This document shows positions 9,972-20,225 of a stretch of 64,000 nucleotides of DNA, in pieces (the stretch's first letter is position 1; every line of letters begins with the position of its first letter). The DNA comes from Candidatus Zhuqueibacterota bacterium (lineage in GTDB: Bacteria > Zhuqueibacterota > Zhuqueibacteria > Thermofontimicrobiales > Thermofontimicrobiaceae): assembly GCA_049322915.1 (NCBI GenBank), contig JBMOPW010000004.1, forward strand, positions 64,001 to 128,000, in the 5' to 3' direction. Under the pieces are notes generated by a model that saw only the letters and a list, made by a program, of their open reading frames with translations, had not been told where the DNA came from and did not search any database. Position numbers and translations under genes: made by a program.

Positions 9972-10637
9972 GTGAACAAGAAAATGTTCATCACAATGGC
10001 CGGCAATATCGGCAGCGGGAAAACGACGGCGGCGAAGATTTTGAGCCAGCATTTTGGCTGGGAATTGTTCGATGAACCGGTGATCGACAATCCGTTTTTA
10101 CGCGAATACTATGCCGATATGCAGCGCTGGTCGTTGACGCTCCAGATGGAATTTCTCATTCGCCGCGTCGAGCACCACGAATTGATTGAGACGGTGCCCA
10201 AGTCGTGCGTCCAGGACCGTTCGCTGTATGAGGACCCTGAGATTTTTGCCAAATATCTTCACGGGCTGGGGCACATGACGGACAACGAACTCAAGCTGTA
10301 TTTCGAGTATTTTGACCGACTCAATCGAAATCTGATACGGCCGGATTTGATCATCTGTCTTCAGGTTGATAATGTAGACATTCTGCTCAACCGTATCCGG
10401 AAACGCGGCCGTAAAGAAGAACAAAATATCAGCCGCGAATTCCTGCTGGGGCTCGGTGGCTATTACATCAGTTTCCCCAATGTCTGCCGTAACAAATGGC
10501 GCGTGGCAACGGTCACGTTCAATGTTTCAGAAATGGATATCCGCGTTCGGGAAGGGCGAGATAAGTTTCTAAAAATAATCGAGAATAGTTTAGAAAAAAT
10601 CAGTTCTCCTGCACCGTCAGAAATGGAGCCGCGATGA
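9972..10637 (+). CDS. Deoxynucleoside kinase
   Basis: P-loop GNIGSGKTT, EPV..NPFL, QDRSLYED and lid RIRKRGRKEE. Confidence 0.92.
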   Translation: MNKKMFITMAGNIGSGKTTAAKILSQHFGWELFDEPVIDNPFLREYYADMQRWSLTLQMEFLIRRVEHHELIETVPKSCVQDRSLYEDPEIFAKYLHGLGHMTDNELKLYFEYFDRLNRNLIRPDLIICLQVDNVDILLNRIRKRGRKEEQNISREFLLGLGGYYISFPNVCRNKWRVATVTFNVSEMDIRVREGRDKFLKIIENSLEKISSPAPSEMEPR

Positions 10638-12178
10638 GTGAGACAAAGACCTTTTCGCTTCGAAACAGAATCGGGCTTTTTGGAGCCATCCCTTTGTTCC
10701 TCTTTTTGTTACATTTTCCAATTTCCGACACATTGCAGCCGCTTGCTCAGAAGACGCTGGCAGTGGCGGCGCTCATGGCATGGCTCTGGATTTCGGAGGC
10801 GTTGCCCATCCCGGTGACGTCGCTGATTCCTGCCATTGCCTTCCCTCTGCTGCACATTATGGACGGCAATCGCGTGTTCCAATCTTACAGCGACAGTAAT
10901 ATTTTTTTATTCATGGGCGGCTTTTTCATCGCCATGGCCATGCAAAAATGGGAACTTCATAAACGCATTGCGCTTCACATCGTTCGTTTCATTGGATTGG
11001 GGCCAAAGAAAATTGTGCTGGGATTCATGGCGGCCACTGCATTTTTATCGATGTGGATTTCGAATACAGCGGCGACGATGATGATGTACCCCATCGGATT
11101 GGCGGTGATTTTACAGATAACCCAACACAGCAGTGAGAATGGGCCGGAAATACCTGAGAAAAGCGTAAAAAACTTTCAGACAGTGTTGATGCTCGGGATT
11201 GCCTATGCTTCCAGCGTTGGCGGAATAGGCACCGTGATTGGCACCCCCCCCAATATCGTGTTAGTCTCAGCGATGAAATCAATTTTCCCTGACTCACCAG
11301 AGATTGGATTCCTGCGATGGATGATGGTGGGAGTGCCCATTGTATTGATATTTGTCCCGGTGGCCTGGTTCTTCCTGACCAGTATTGTTTACCCAATACG
11401 CATCAAATCCCTTCAGAGCAGTTCTTCAGTGATACAGGAGGAACTGGAAAAAATGGGTCCGATGAGCAAGGGAGAGCGGATGGTCCTGATCATTTTTGTA
11501 TTGACTGCCCTGATGTGGATTTTCCGACAGGATTTAGTTCTGGGAACATTTGTCATACCGGGATGGTCTAACGCACTTGGTATTGAAAAAATGGTCAACG
11601 ACGGCACTGTGGCTATTTTTTCAGCGCTGCTTCTTTTTGCTATCCCGGAAGATCTGAAAAGTAATAGCTTCTTGCTGGATTGGGAATGGGCCAGAAAAAT
11701 TCCCTGGGGCATTCTTTTGCTGTTCGGCGGCGGCATTGTTCTGGCAGAGGGAATAAAAACGACTGGTCTGTCAGCGTGGATTGGCAACAATTTAACCCTG
11801 CTATCGGAAGTGCCGCTTTTTGTCATGATCATGATCGTGTGCTTTATTCTCACATTTCTGACTGAAGTCACCTCGAACACCGCCACGGCTCTTATTTTTA
11901 TGCCAATTATGGCAGCGACCGCAGTGGCCATGGAAACGCATCCATTGCTCTTCATGTTTCCGGCGGCTATTTCCGCGTCGTGCGCGTTCATGCTGCCGGT
12001 AGCCACGCCGCCCAACGCCATTGTCTTTGCCTCCGGTCATATCACCATTCCGCAAATGGCCAAAGCCGGGGTGTGGCTGAATTTCCTTGGAATTATCACC
12101 GTCACTGCGGTGACCTACTGGCTGCTCGCTCCGGTTTTTGGCATTGCCTTAAAAATATTGCCGGAGTGGGCGCGTTAA
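10634..12178 (+). CDS. SLC13/DASS family Na+/dicarboxylate symporter
   Basis: Multiple TM helices; two SNT motifs (WISNTA, VTSNTA), GTPPN and PVATPPNA. Confidence 0.92.
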   Translation: MSETKTFSLRNRIGLFGAIPLFLFLLHFPISDTLQPLAQKTLAVAALMAWLWISEALPIPVTSLIPAIAFPLLHIMDGNRVFQSYSDSNIFLFMGGFFIAMAMQKWELHKRIALHIVRFIGLGPKKIVLGFMAATAFLSMWISNTAATMMMYPIGLAVILQITQHSSENGPEIPEKSVKNFQTVLMLGIAYASSVGGIGTVIGTPPNIVLVSAMKSIFPDSPEIGFLRWMMVGVPIVLIFVPVAWFFLTSIVYPIRIKSLQSSSSVIQEELEKMGPMSKGERMVLIIFVLTALMWIFRQDLVLGTFVIPGWSNALGIEKMVNDGTVAIFSALLLFAIPEDLKSNSFLLDWEWARKIPWGILLLFGGGIVLAEGIKTTGLSAWIGNNLTLLSEVPLFVMIMIVCFILTFLTEVTSNTATALIFMPIMAATAVAMETHPLLFMFPAAISASCAFMLPVATPPNAIVFASGHITIPQMAKAGVWLNFLGIITVTAVTYWLLAPVFGIALKILPEWAR

Positions 12179-12523
12179 AATAATAGAGCGGTTATTTTTA
12201 TGGCTGATGCGGATGAATTCGGGAGTTACAAAAATAGAGGCGACATCTTTCTGCCCTGCTGCAACGCTTTACAAATAAGGAACCCGCTCCGTTTGAAATA
12301 CAATTGCTGATAGTAAATTCACCCAATCTGACTGAGCGGCGTCAGTCAAAGATTGATGCAGAATGAATTGACGCCGTCAGTGGAGGGTGTTCACGAAAGG
12401 AAAATACTCAGCGCAATGCCTTTTAAGGCATGTCAGAGTGAACACATTGAATCACCTAAACATATACCATCAATTAAATAATGAGTGGTAAGTAATCATT
12501 GGATACCAGGAGGAATGACGTAC

Positions 12524-13726
12524 ATGAAAAGTCAAGAATTTATTGCAATCGAAGATCGATATGGCGCACACAATTACAAACCGCTGGATGTTGTCATTAC
12601 CAGCGGACATGGCGTATGGCTTGAAGATGTGGATGGCAACAAGTACATGGATTTTTTAGCGGCGTATTCAGCGGTGAATCAGGGACACTGTCATCCGCGC
12701 ATCGTGAAAGTGATGCAGGAACAGGCAGCGAAACTGGCGTTGACTTCCCGCGCTTTTCGCAATGACCAGTGGCCGATGCTGGCCAGGGAATTGAGCCAAT
12801 TGACCGGCTACGACATGGTGCTGCCCATGAATTCAGGCGCCGAAGCCGTGGAAACCGCCATCAAAGCCGTCAGGAAATGGGGCTACAAAGTGAAGGGAGT
12901 TCAGGATGATAAAGCTGAAATCATTGTGTGCGATGGAAACTTTCATGGACGTACCATTACCATCATCACGTTTTCGCCGGAAGAGCAATATCGCGATGGC
13001 TTTGGTCCATTGACCCCTGGATTCAAGATGATCCCCTATGGCGACGCCGACGCGCTTGAGAAAGCCATTACCAAAAATACGGTCGCTTTTTTAGTGGAAC
13101 CGATTCAAGGGGAAGGCGGCGTCGTGGTCCCTCAGAAAGGATTTCTGAAGAAGGCGCGGGAGCTTTGCACGAAAAATAAAGTGCTGCTCGTGGCGGATGA
13201 AATTCAGAGCGGACTGGGACGAACCGGAAAAATGTTCGCCAGCGAACATGAAGGCGTGCGAGCGGATATGGTGACCATTGGTAAGGCGCTTTCCGGCGGT
13301 ATGTACCCGGTCGCAGCGGTCTTGTCATCGCAGGAGATATTGGGCGTGTTCAAACCGGGCGATCATGGGTCAACGTACGGCGGCAATCCATTGGGCTCAG
13401 CCGTAGCCCGGGAAGCGCTGCGGGTGATTGTGGACGAAAAGCTGTGCGAGCGCGCCGAAGAATTGGGGACATACCTCATGAAGCAGCTCAATCAGATCAA
13501 AAGTAGCCACGTGGATTTTTATCGCGGACTGGGACTGTGGGTCGGTATTGTCCTGAAAAAAGAGGCAAACGGCGCGCGACGTTTCTGCGAAGCGTTGATG
13601 AAAAAGGGTGTTCTGGCCAAAGAAACCCACTGGAATATCATTCGCCTGGCGCCGCCTCTTGTCATCACCAAAGAGGAAATTGATTGGGCGCTGGAGCGAA
13701 TCGAGCAAGTGCTCATGATGGATTAA
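12524..13726 (+). CDS. rocD: Ornithine--oxo-acid aminotransferase
   Basis: YGAHNYKPL, AYSAVNQGHCHP, DEIQSGLGRTG, GKALSGG (PLP Lys) and HGSTYGGNPL; start moved to the ATG after AGGAGG. Confidence 0.93.
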   Translation: MKSQEFIAIEDRYGAHNYKPLDVVITSGHGVWLEDVDGNKYMDFLAAYSAVNQGHCHPRIVKVMQEQAAKLALTSRAFRNDQWPMLARELSQLTGYDMVLPMNSGAEAVETAIKAVRKWGYKVKGVQDDKAEIIVCDGNFHGRTITIITFSPEEQYRDGFGPLTPGFKMIPYGDADALEKAITKNTVAFLVEPIQGEGGVVVPQKGFLKKARELCTKNKVLLVADEIQSGLGRTGKMFASEHEGVRADMVTIGKALSGGMYPVAAVLSSQEILGVFKPGDHGSTYGGNPLGSAVAREALRVIVDEKLCERAEELGTYLMKQLNQIKSSHVDFYRGLGLWVGIVLKKEANGARRFCEALMKKGVLAKETHWNIIRLAPPLVITKEEIDWALERIEQVLMMD

Positions 13727-13869
13727 TCGGCGTCACTAGTCCTGGCAGCCCTCTGTTTTGTTGGAATTGCCCCATCGAGTCAGAGGGCCTGGCCATTGCT
13801 CCTTTGGAACACATTATTTCGATGCATCAGCAGGGAAGTTGAGAGAATAACCATGTTCAGGCAGATCCC

Positions 13870-15870
13870 ATGAGAGGCGATTTCATCCGATATACGTGGG
13901 CGCTGTTTTTGATATTGCTGGTTGCGCAATGTCGAAAGCAGCCGTTCGCAGATCCGAACTGGCAAGCGCTCGTCGCATTGGAGGACAGCCGCACTCGCGA
14001 CGTAACTGCGATTTACCGTCTCCTCCGCGATGAGAATCCTGACATCCGCGCACGGGCGGCTTTGGCTCTCGCGCGATTGCAGTATTTGTCCAGCGCTGAT
14101 TCGTTGTCCCGAAGGCTCACCGATTCAGAAGCGAGCGTCCGGGAGATGGCCGCGTTTTCTCTGGGGCAAATTGGCCTGTCGCTGAAACTGCACGGCGATA
14201 CCACAACCAATGTGGCGGAGCGCCGGCTGCTCTCAGCATTGGCCGAAGAAAATGACCTCGCTGTCCAATCAAAAATTGTCGACGCCCTGGGGAGCGCTGG
14301 TACGCGCGCATCGGTTCCGCTGCTGCTGCAATTGGCCCGGGGACAGAATCTGGAATTGCAGGCAACCGCGATTCAATCCCTCGGATCGCTGGCGTATTGG
14401 AATTGCGCCGATCCGGCCATCGCACTAGAATTGGTGGAATTTCTCCGCAGTCCCAATGCCGCAGTGCGCTGGAAAACAGCCTATGCGCTCATGCGTCTGA
14501 AAAACGATTCCACCGGGACACCGCTCGCTGATGCTCTGCACGATGCCGAGCCATTGGTTCGAATCTTTGCAACGCGGGCTCTTGGTGAATTCCGGAATCG
14601 TTCATTCCTCCCCAATTTGATCGGGTCGCTGCATACTTCGGATTGGCGCGTGCGGGTGAATGCGGTGCGCGCCATCGAGCGCATGGGAGATTCGACGGCG
14701 GCATCTTCGATGTTCCCGCTGCTGTCCGATCGGAGCGAACACGTGCAGCGAACCGCCATTGCCGCATTGGGAAGTCTGAAATCGAGAGCCGCGATTGAAA
14801 AATTGATGGCCATCAGTCGCAGCGGCCAGCCGGTTTTGGCGGGTGAAGCGGTTGTCAGTCTGGCTCACATGATGAACGCCGGGGCTTTGCCCGTGATCGA
14901 ATCGTTCCATGCGTCAGAGTCGGTTTATGTGCGCCGACAGGCCGCCAGAGCGTTGGGTCTGATCGATCATCCGCAGAGCTATCTCCTGCTGCGGCGCCAG
15001 CTCAACGATCCTGATGCCGGGGTGCGCACTCAGGCGATTGAATCCATTGGTCAGATCGGGATGCGGGAATACCGCAGCGAGGCCATTCAGTTTTTTAGGG
15101 AGAAATTGAAAAATCCGGACATTGCTGATGCAACGGTCATCGCCCAGATCTGCGCGAATCATACCCTCGTTGAATTGATCCCGGAATTGATGACTGCGTA
15201 TGGCCAGTTCACCCATCCGGACGGGATCGAACCGAGGACCGCCATCATCCAGACGCTCGGTGAATTGAAGTCCGAATCAGCGCTGCCCCTGTTGCGAGGC
15301 GCTCTGGAAGATGAATTTGAAGTGATCCGGTTGGCTGCGGTTCAATCGCTGAAGATGATTACCGGCCGGGACTATCCCATGCCTGAACGCGCTGCGCCCG
15401 AAGCGATTCTGCCTGCTGAAAAATATGCAGCGCTCACGTTAAAAAAAGCCCAGGCGACCATTGAGACGAATCGGGGCCTGATTGTTGTGGAGTTGCATCC
15501 GCTCGATGCGCCGTTCACAGTCGCCAATTTCATTCGACTGGCCGAAGAGGGGTTTTATGATGGCGTCATTTTTCATCGAGTAGTTTCCGATTTTGTAATT
15601 CAGGCAGGCTGTCCGCGCGGCGATGGCTGGGGCGGCCCGGGTCAGGCGATTCGCTGTGAAATAAATCTGAAAAAGTATGGCCGCGGAACCATGGGCATGG
15701 CGTTGGCTGGCAAAGATACCGGCGGCAGCCAGTTTTTCATCACGCATTCTCCGCAGCCGCATCTGGATGGCCGGTACACGGTGTTCGGGCAGGTCGTCCA
15801 CGGCATGGAAATTGTAGATAAAATTCAGCCGTTCGATGTGATCCTCAAAATTCGCATCGATAAATCCTGA
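13870..15870 (+). CDS. Exported HEAT-repeat protein with C-terminal cyclophilin-type PPIase
   Basis: Signal peptide with possible lipobox Cys; PBS-lyase-like HEAT repeats; C-terminal FHRVV..FVIQ.G, GGSQFFI and HLDGRYTVFG. Confidence 0.88.
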   Translation: MRGDFIRYTWALFLILLVAQCRKQPFADPNWQALVALEDSRTRDVTAIYRLLRDENPDIRARAALALARLQYLSSADSLSRRLTDSEASVREMAAFSLGQIGLSLKLHGDTTTNVAERRLLSALAEENDLAVQSKIVDALGSAGTRASVPLLLQLARGQNLELQATAIQSLGSLAYWNCADPAIALELVEFLRSPNAAVRWKTAYALMRLKNDSTGTPLADALHDAEPLVRIFATRALGEFRNRSFLPNLIGSLHTSDWRVRVNAVRAIERMGDSTAASSMFPLLSDRSEHVQRTAIAALGSLKSRAAIEKLMAISRSGQPVLAGEAVVSLAHMMNAGALPVIESFHASESVYVRRQAARALGLIDHPQSYLLLRRQLNDPDAGVRTQAIESIGQIGMREYRSEAIQFFREKLKNPDIADATVIAQICANHTLVELIPELMTAYGQFTHPDGIEPRTAIIQTLGELKSESALPLLRGALEDEFEVIRLAAVQSLKMITGRDYPMPERAAPEAILPAEKYAALTLKKAQATIETNRGLIVVELHPLDAPFTVANFIRLAEEGFYDGVIFHRVVSDFVIQAGCPRGDGWGGPGQAIRCEINLKKYGRGTMGMALAGKDTGGSQFFITHSPQPHLDGRYTVFGQVVHGMEIVDKIQPFDVILKIRIDKS

Positions 15871-15994
15871 GCTACACCGATCGACCGAATGACCAATGGC
15901 CTGGGATGAATCCATTGAATGAAAGTGAGTGAATGGGACGCCTGTTTTTTCATTTTCAAAACAGATTGCTTTTTCGCTGTAGCTTAAAAAAACA

Positions 15995-16023
15995 TTGACA
16001 TTTGCGATAAAAATATTTATATT
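15995..16023 (+). promoter_or_regulatory. Sigma-70 promoter for tRNA-Leu-tig-clpPX
   Basis: TTGACA-N17-TATATT, 15 nt upstream of the tRNA. Confidence 0.75.
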
Positions 16024-16038
16024 CAAAACCTAAAAAAT

Positions 16039-16121
16039 GCGAGAGTGGCGGAAATGGCAGACGCGCTAGACTTAGGATCTAGTACCTTATCGGTATGGGG
16101 GTTCAACTCCCCCCTCTCGCA
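16039..16121 (+). tRNA. tRNA-Leu (anticodon TAG); CCA not encoded
   Basis: Acceptor stem GCGAGAG/CTCTCGC; anticodon arm CTAGA-CTTAGGA-TCTAG; long variable arm; T-loop GTTCAAC. Confidence 0.97.
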
Positions 16122-16172
16122 CGTGTAAATCCGGTATGAAGAGGGTCTGAATTTAATTTGTGAGGAATTGTT

Positions 16173-17465
16173 GTGGAAATTAATGTTGTCGATCAGGGGC
16201 AATGGGAAAAAGTAATTGACGTGACTGTGCCGTATAGTGAACTGTTACCCAAAATTGAGTCATCGTATCAGGATTACAAAAAGTCCATTCAGTTAGAAGG
16301 CTTTCGTAAAGGCAAAGTGCCCTTAGACCTGATAAAGAAAATATTCGGTGCGAAAATTGAAAAAGAGACCGCGGAAAGCTCGATTCAAGACTTTTTGAAA
16401 CAGGCGATACAGGATAAAGCTATCAAAGTGTATGATATTGTGAAAATTGATCCTGTGGATTTCAATCAGGAAACAGGCCTTCATTTCGGAGCGACCGTTC
16501 AGCTTGAGCCTGAGGTCAACCTGGTTCAATTCAAAAATCTCGAAATCGAAAAAGAGAATTACCTCGTGACCGATGATGACGTGGATGCGGTGTTGAAGGA
16601 CATCCAAGAAGAACATGCTGTCATGAATGATGTCAAAACCGAAGCGATGAAGGGTCATTTTATCGTGGCGGATTTACAGCAGACCGATGCCAGCGGTATC
16701 CCTCTTGTGGGCAGAAAGTTCGAGAACAGATATCTGCGGCTGCTCGATGAAAATAATGAAAATGCCATTACCGAGCAACTCGTCGGCGTGAAGATCGGGG
16801 ACACCCGGCAGATCCGCGTGCCGAGCAGCAAGGGCGAAGAAGGGCCGACAGCAGAAGAATATTTCGCTGTGACCGTAAAAGAAATCAAAGAGAAGATATT
16901 GCCGGAAATCGATGATCAATTGGCCAAAGCATCCGGTCAGTTTGAAAGTCTGGATGTGATGAAAAAGGATATCCGGGAAAATCTGGTGAGGCAGTTTGAG
17001 GTCAGAGCGATGCAACAGGTGAATAATTCCATCCGGGATAAAATTGTCAAAACCAATCCAATTGATCTTCCAGATTACATGATCGAAAATTTTCTGACCG
17101 GCTTTGTCGAAGATCTGAAAAAAGACAATCGCACTAAAATGGATGATCAAGACTTACGGGAGCAATACCGAGCCGATGCTATCTGGAATCTGAAATGGCT
17201 CTTATTCCGCGACAAGATCATGGAAGCTGAAAATATTCATATCGATGATGCTGAAGTGGATAATTACATCGAATCGTTCGCCTTAAAAGCCGGGCGCGAA
17301 GCGGCAATGGTCCGGAGCAATTTCCGCAAGGCGGAAACCCGAAAACGGTTGAAGCAGGATTTACTCGAAAAGAAGATCATCGACTTTTTGCGCGACAATG
17401 CCCGGATCACCGAAAAGACAATTACCTTAAAGGAAAGTGAAAAAGCGAGCGATATAATCGTATAA
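16173..17465 (+). CDS. tig: Trigger factor
   Basis: GFRKGKVP ribosome-binding signature; conserved tRNA-Leu-tig-clpP-clpX order. Confidence 0.93.
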   Translation: MEINVVDQGQWEKVIDVTVPYSELLPKIESSYQDYKKSIQLEGFRKGKVPLDLIKKIFGAKIEKETAESSIQDFLKQAIQDKAIKVYDIVKIDPVDFNQETGLHFGATVQLEPEVNLVQFKNLEIEKENYLVTDDDVDAVLKDIQEEHAVMNDVKTEAMKGHFIVADLQQTDASGIPLVGRKFENRYLRLLDENNENAITEQLVGVKIGDTRQIRVPSSKGEEGPTAEEYFAVTVKEIKEKILPEIDDQLAKASGQFESLDVMKKDIRENLVRQFEVRAMQQVNNSIRDKIVKTNPIDLPDYMIENFLTGFVEDLKKDNRTKMDDQDLREQYRADAIWNLKWLLFRDKIMEAENIHIDDAEVDNYIESFALKAGREAAMVRSNFRKAETRKRLKQDLLEKKIIDFLRDNARITEKTITLKESEKASDIIV

Positions 17466-17543
17466 ATTTCTGATGATTAATTTCAAACCGCAGCTTGATA
17501 CATCATTGCAAAACTAAGAATTCTCAAATTGAAGAGGTGTGGA

Positions 17544-18152
17544 ATGAGTTTGGTACCGATCGTGATTGAACAAACCGGACGCGGGGAAAGAGCCTACGAC
17601 ATATTTTCAAGACTGCTCAAAGAACGAATTATTTTCATCGGTTCGCCCATAGATGATATTGTAGCGAGTCTGGCCATTGCCCAGCTTTTGTTTCTTGAAG
17701 CGGAAGACCCGGAAAAAGATGTGTTCATGTACATCAATTCGCCCGGCGGCTCAGTGACCGCGGGTTTAGGAATTTACGATACCATGCAGTACATCAAACC
17801 GGATGTGGCGACGATTTGTCTGGGACAGGCAGCCAGCATGGGCGCAATTTTATTAGCTGCCGGTGCAAAGGGGAAGCGATCCACGCTGCCCCATTCGAGA
17901 ATTATGATTCACCAACCCTGGGGCGGCGCGCAGGGACAGGCTTCGGACATCGAAATCCAGGCCAATGAGATCTTAACAATGCGCAAAGAGCTCAACCAGA
18001 TTTTGGCCTTGCATACCAACCAGAAAGTGGAAAAAATTGCCAAAGATTCGGATCGAAACTTTTTCATGTCCGCTCAGGAAGCAAAGGATTATGGGATTGT
18101 CGACGAAATTATGGCGCCGCGAAGTGAAGGGAAGAAAATTAAAAACTCGTAA
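17544..18152 (+). CDS. clpP: ATP-dependent Clp protease proteolytic subunit
   Basis: [29 protein letters not shown] and RIMIHQP. Confidence 0.97.
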   Translation: MSLVPIVIEQTGRGERAYDIFSRLLKERIIFIGSPIDDIVASLAIAQLLFLEAEDPEKDVFMYINSPGGSVTAGLGIYDTMQYIKPDVATICLGQAASMGAILLAAGAKGKRSTLPHSRIMIHQPWGGAQGQASDIEIQANEILTMRKELNQILALHTNQKVEKIAKDSDRNFFMSAQEAKDYGIVDEIMAPRSEGKKIKNS

Positions 18153-18176
18153 TCAGGGAAATGTGCTGAGGTCCAC

Positions 18177-19430
18177 ATGGATAATTACAACAAACGCCGC
18201 GAAAGATTATTCATTTGTTCGTTTTGCGGGAAGAATTCAAATCAGGTCGATTGCATCGTCACCGGCCCTGATGTGTATATTTGCAATGAATGCGTAAAGA
18301 ACGCAAGCGAAATTATCAAGGAAGATCTGAATCGGCGCGCGGTTGTTGCAAAAAGTAAAATCAGGACGCCGGCGGAAATCAAGCGGGAACTGGATGATTT
18401 TGTCATTGGCCAGGAAAACGCCAAGAAAATCGTTTCTGTCGCGGTGTACAACCATTACAAACGCGTCGAAGCAGCCGAACTGGTCAGTGACGAAGTGGAA
18501 TTGGAGAAGAGCAACATTTTGTTGATCGGCCCCACTGGCACAGGCAAAACCCTGATGGCCCAGACTCTGGCGCGATTCCTCCAGGTTCCGTTCACCATTG
18601 CTGATGCGACAACGCTCACAGAAGCTGGTTATGTGGGCGAGGACGTCGAGAACATTTTAGTGCGGTTGCTTCAGGCCGCGGATTACGATGTGGAGCAGGC
18701 GGAGCGCGGCATTGTCTATATCGATGAGATCGATAAAATCGCCCGCAAGAGCGGCAATCCATCCATCACCCGCGATGTGTCCGGCGAAGGTGTTCAGCAG
18801 GCGTTGCTCAAAATTTTGGAGGGGACGATTGCCTCTGTCCCGCCCAAAGGTGGACGAAAACACCCGGAGCAGAACCTGATCAATATCAATACCAAAAATA
18901 TCCTGTTCATCTGCGGCGGTGCTTTTGATGGTCTGGAAAAATTTATTGCCTCCCGCGTCGGTAAAAAAGGCGTCGGCTTTGGCGCCGAGTTGAAGCGGGA
19001 TAAAAATGAGAAAATCGGCGAGCTCCTTCGATCGGTGCAGCCGGAAGACCTGCTGGAATTCGGCCTGATTCCGGAATTGATCGGTCGATTGCCCATCGAT
19101 TGCATTTTCGATGAACTGACTGAAGATGCGCTTTACAGTATCCTCATTGAGCCAAAGAATGCATTGACCAAACAGTACAAAAAGCTGTTCGAACTGGACG
19201 GCGTGGAATTGATCTTCGAAGAAGAAGCCCTGCGGGATGTGGTGGGAGAAGCGATTCGTCGCAAAACTGGCGCCCGAGCGCTGAGAGCGATTATGGAAGT
19301 CGTTATGCTCGATATTATGTTCAACCTGCCCCAGATGAAAAACGTGAAAAAGTGCACCATCACCAGAAACGTCGTTCGGGAAAAGAAAGACCCGGTTTTT
19401 GTGTACCAGGAGATTAAAAAAACTGCTTAA
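18177..19430 (+). CDS. clpX: ATP-dependent Clp protease ATP-binding subunit
   Basis: CSFCGK..CNEC zinc finger, [20 protein letters not shown] and VGFG loop. Confidence 0.97.
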   Translation: MDNYNKRRERLFICSFCGKNSNQVDCIVTGPDVYICNECVKNASEIIKEDLNRRAVVAKSKIRTPAEIKRELDDFVIGQENAKKIVSVAVYNHYKRVEAAELVSDEVELEKSNILLIGPTGTGKTLMAQTLARFLQVPFTIADATTLTEAGYVGEDVENILVRLLQAADYDVEQAERGIVYIDEIDKIARKSGNPSITRDVSGEGVQQALLKILEGTIASVPPKGGRKHPEQNLININTKNILFICGGAFDGLEKFIASRVGKKGVGFGAELKRDKNEKIGELLRSVQPEDLLEFGLIPELIGRLPIDCIFDELTEDALYSILIEPKNALTKQYKKLFELDGVELIFEEEALRDVVGEAIRRKTGARALRAIMEVVMLDIMFNLPQMKNVKKCTITRNVVREKKDPVFVYQEIKKTA

Positions 19431-19460
19431 ATGAGTCTGCCACAGCTTTAGCTTGCATAT

Positions 19461-19504
19461 AAAATCTTCCCTGGAATTTCAGATTTTGGGGAAGATTTTT
19501 TTTT
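19461..19504 (+). terminator. Intrinsic terminator after clpX
   Basis: AAAATCTTCCC...GGGAAGATTTT followed by a T run. Confidence 0.75.
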
Positions 19505-19621
19505 GAAAAGTCAAAACATCCGGGCGTCGGAACAGGCGCATCGAAATGACTCCATTGAGTTGCGCTCCGAGCCCGCGAAGAAATAAACCATGAGTTTCTG
19601 GCATTGGGTGGAAAAGTCAAT

Positions 19622-20221
19622 ATGAAAGTTACTTCAATAAAATTTGTGACGAGCGCGGCAAAGATCAGTCAGCTACCGAAAATTCGTCTCCCTGAAATCG
19701 CGTTTGCGGGTCGGTCCAATGTCGGAAAGTCAAGTTTAATCAACAGCCTGGTGAACATGAAGCATCTGGCCAAGACCAGCGCCACTCCGGGGAAGACGCG
19801 GCTGCTTAATTATTTTTCCATCAATGATATTTTTTACATGGTGGATTTGCCCGGCTATGGCTACGCCAAAGTCTCCCGAAACGAGCGCTATATCTGGAAA
19901 CGGCTGATGGAGTCCTATCTGTCGAAGAATAAGTATATCAAAGGCGTAGTGCAAATTATCGACAGTCGCCACGGCGTCACTCCGCTGGATGAGGAAATGC
20001 TGACCTGGCTATCATCGCTGAATTTGCCAACGCTCATTGTGGCGACGAAGGTCGATAAACTTCCCAAAAGCAAAGCGCGGCATCTGATTCAGACTATTGA
20101 AAAAGACGCGCAACGACTGGGCGCTCTTGGTGTATTGCCCTTTTCCGCCCTCACCAAAGTTGGTAAAAGTGAACTATGGCAATCCATTGATGATCTATTA
20201 AAAACCGATAATTCCAGGTGA
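19622..20221 (+). CDS. engB: Ribosome biogenesis GTPase EngB/YihA/YsxC
   Basis: GRSNVGKSS, PGKTR, DLPGYGY and TKVDK. Confidence 0.95.
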   Translation: MKVTSIKFVTSAAKISQLPKIRLPEIAFAGRSNVGKSSLINSLVNMKHLAKTSATPGKTRLLNYFSINDIFYMVDLPGYGYAKVSRNERYIWKRLMESYLSKNKYIKGVVQIIDSRHGVTPLDEEMLTWLSSLNLPTLIVATKVDKLPKSKARHLIQTIEKDAQRLGALGVLPFSALTKVGKSELWQSIDDLLKTDNSR

Positions 20222-20225
20222 AAAC

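Noticed and set aside
12382..12416. GGAGGG...CGAAAGGA...ACTCAG resembling a glycine riboswitch
   Set aside because: Too short, lacks the P3 stem and the exact GGAGA and CUCAGG elements; kept only as an unclassified structured leader.
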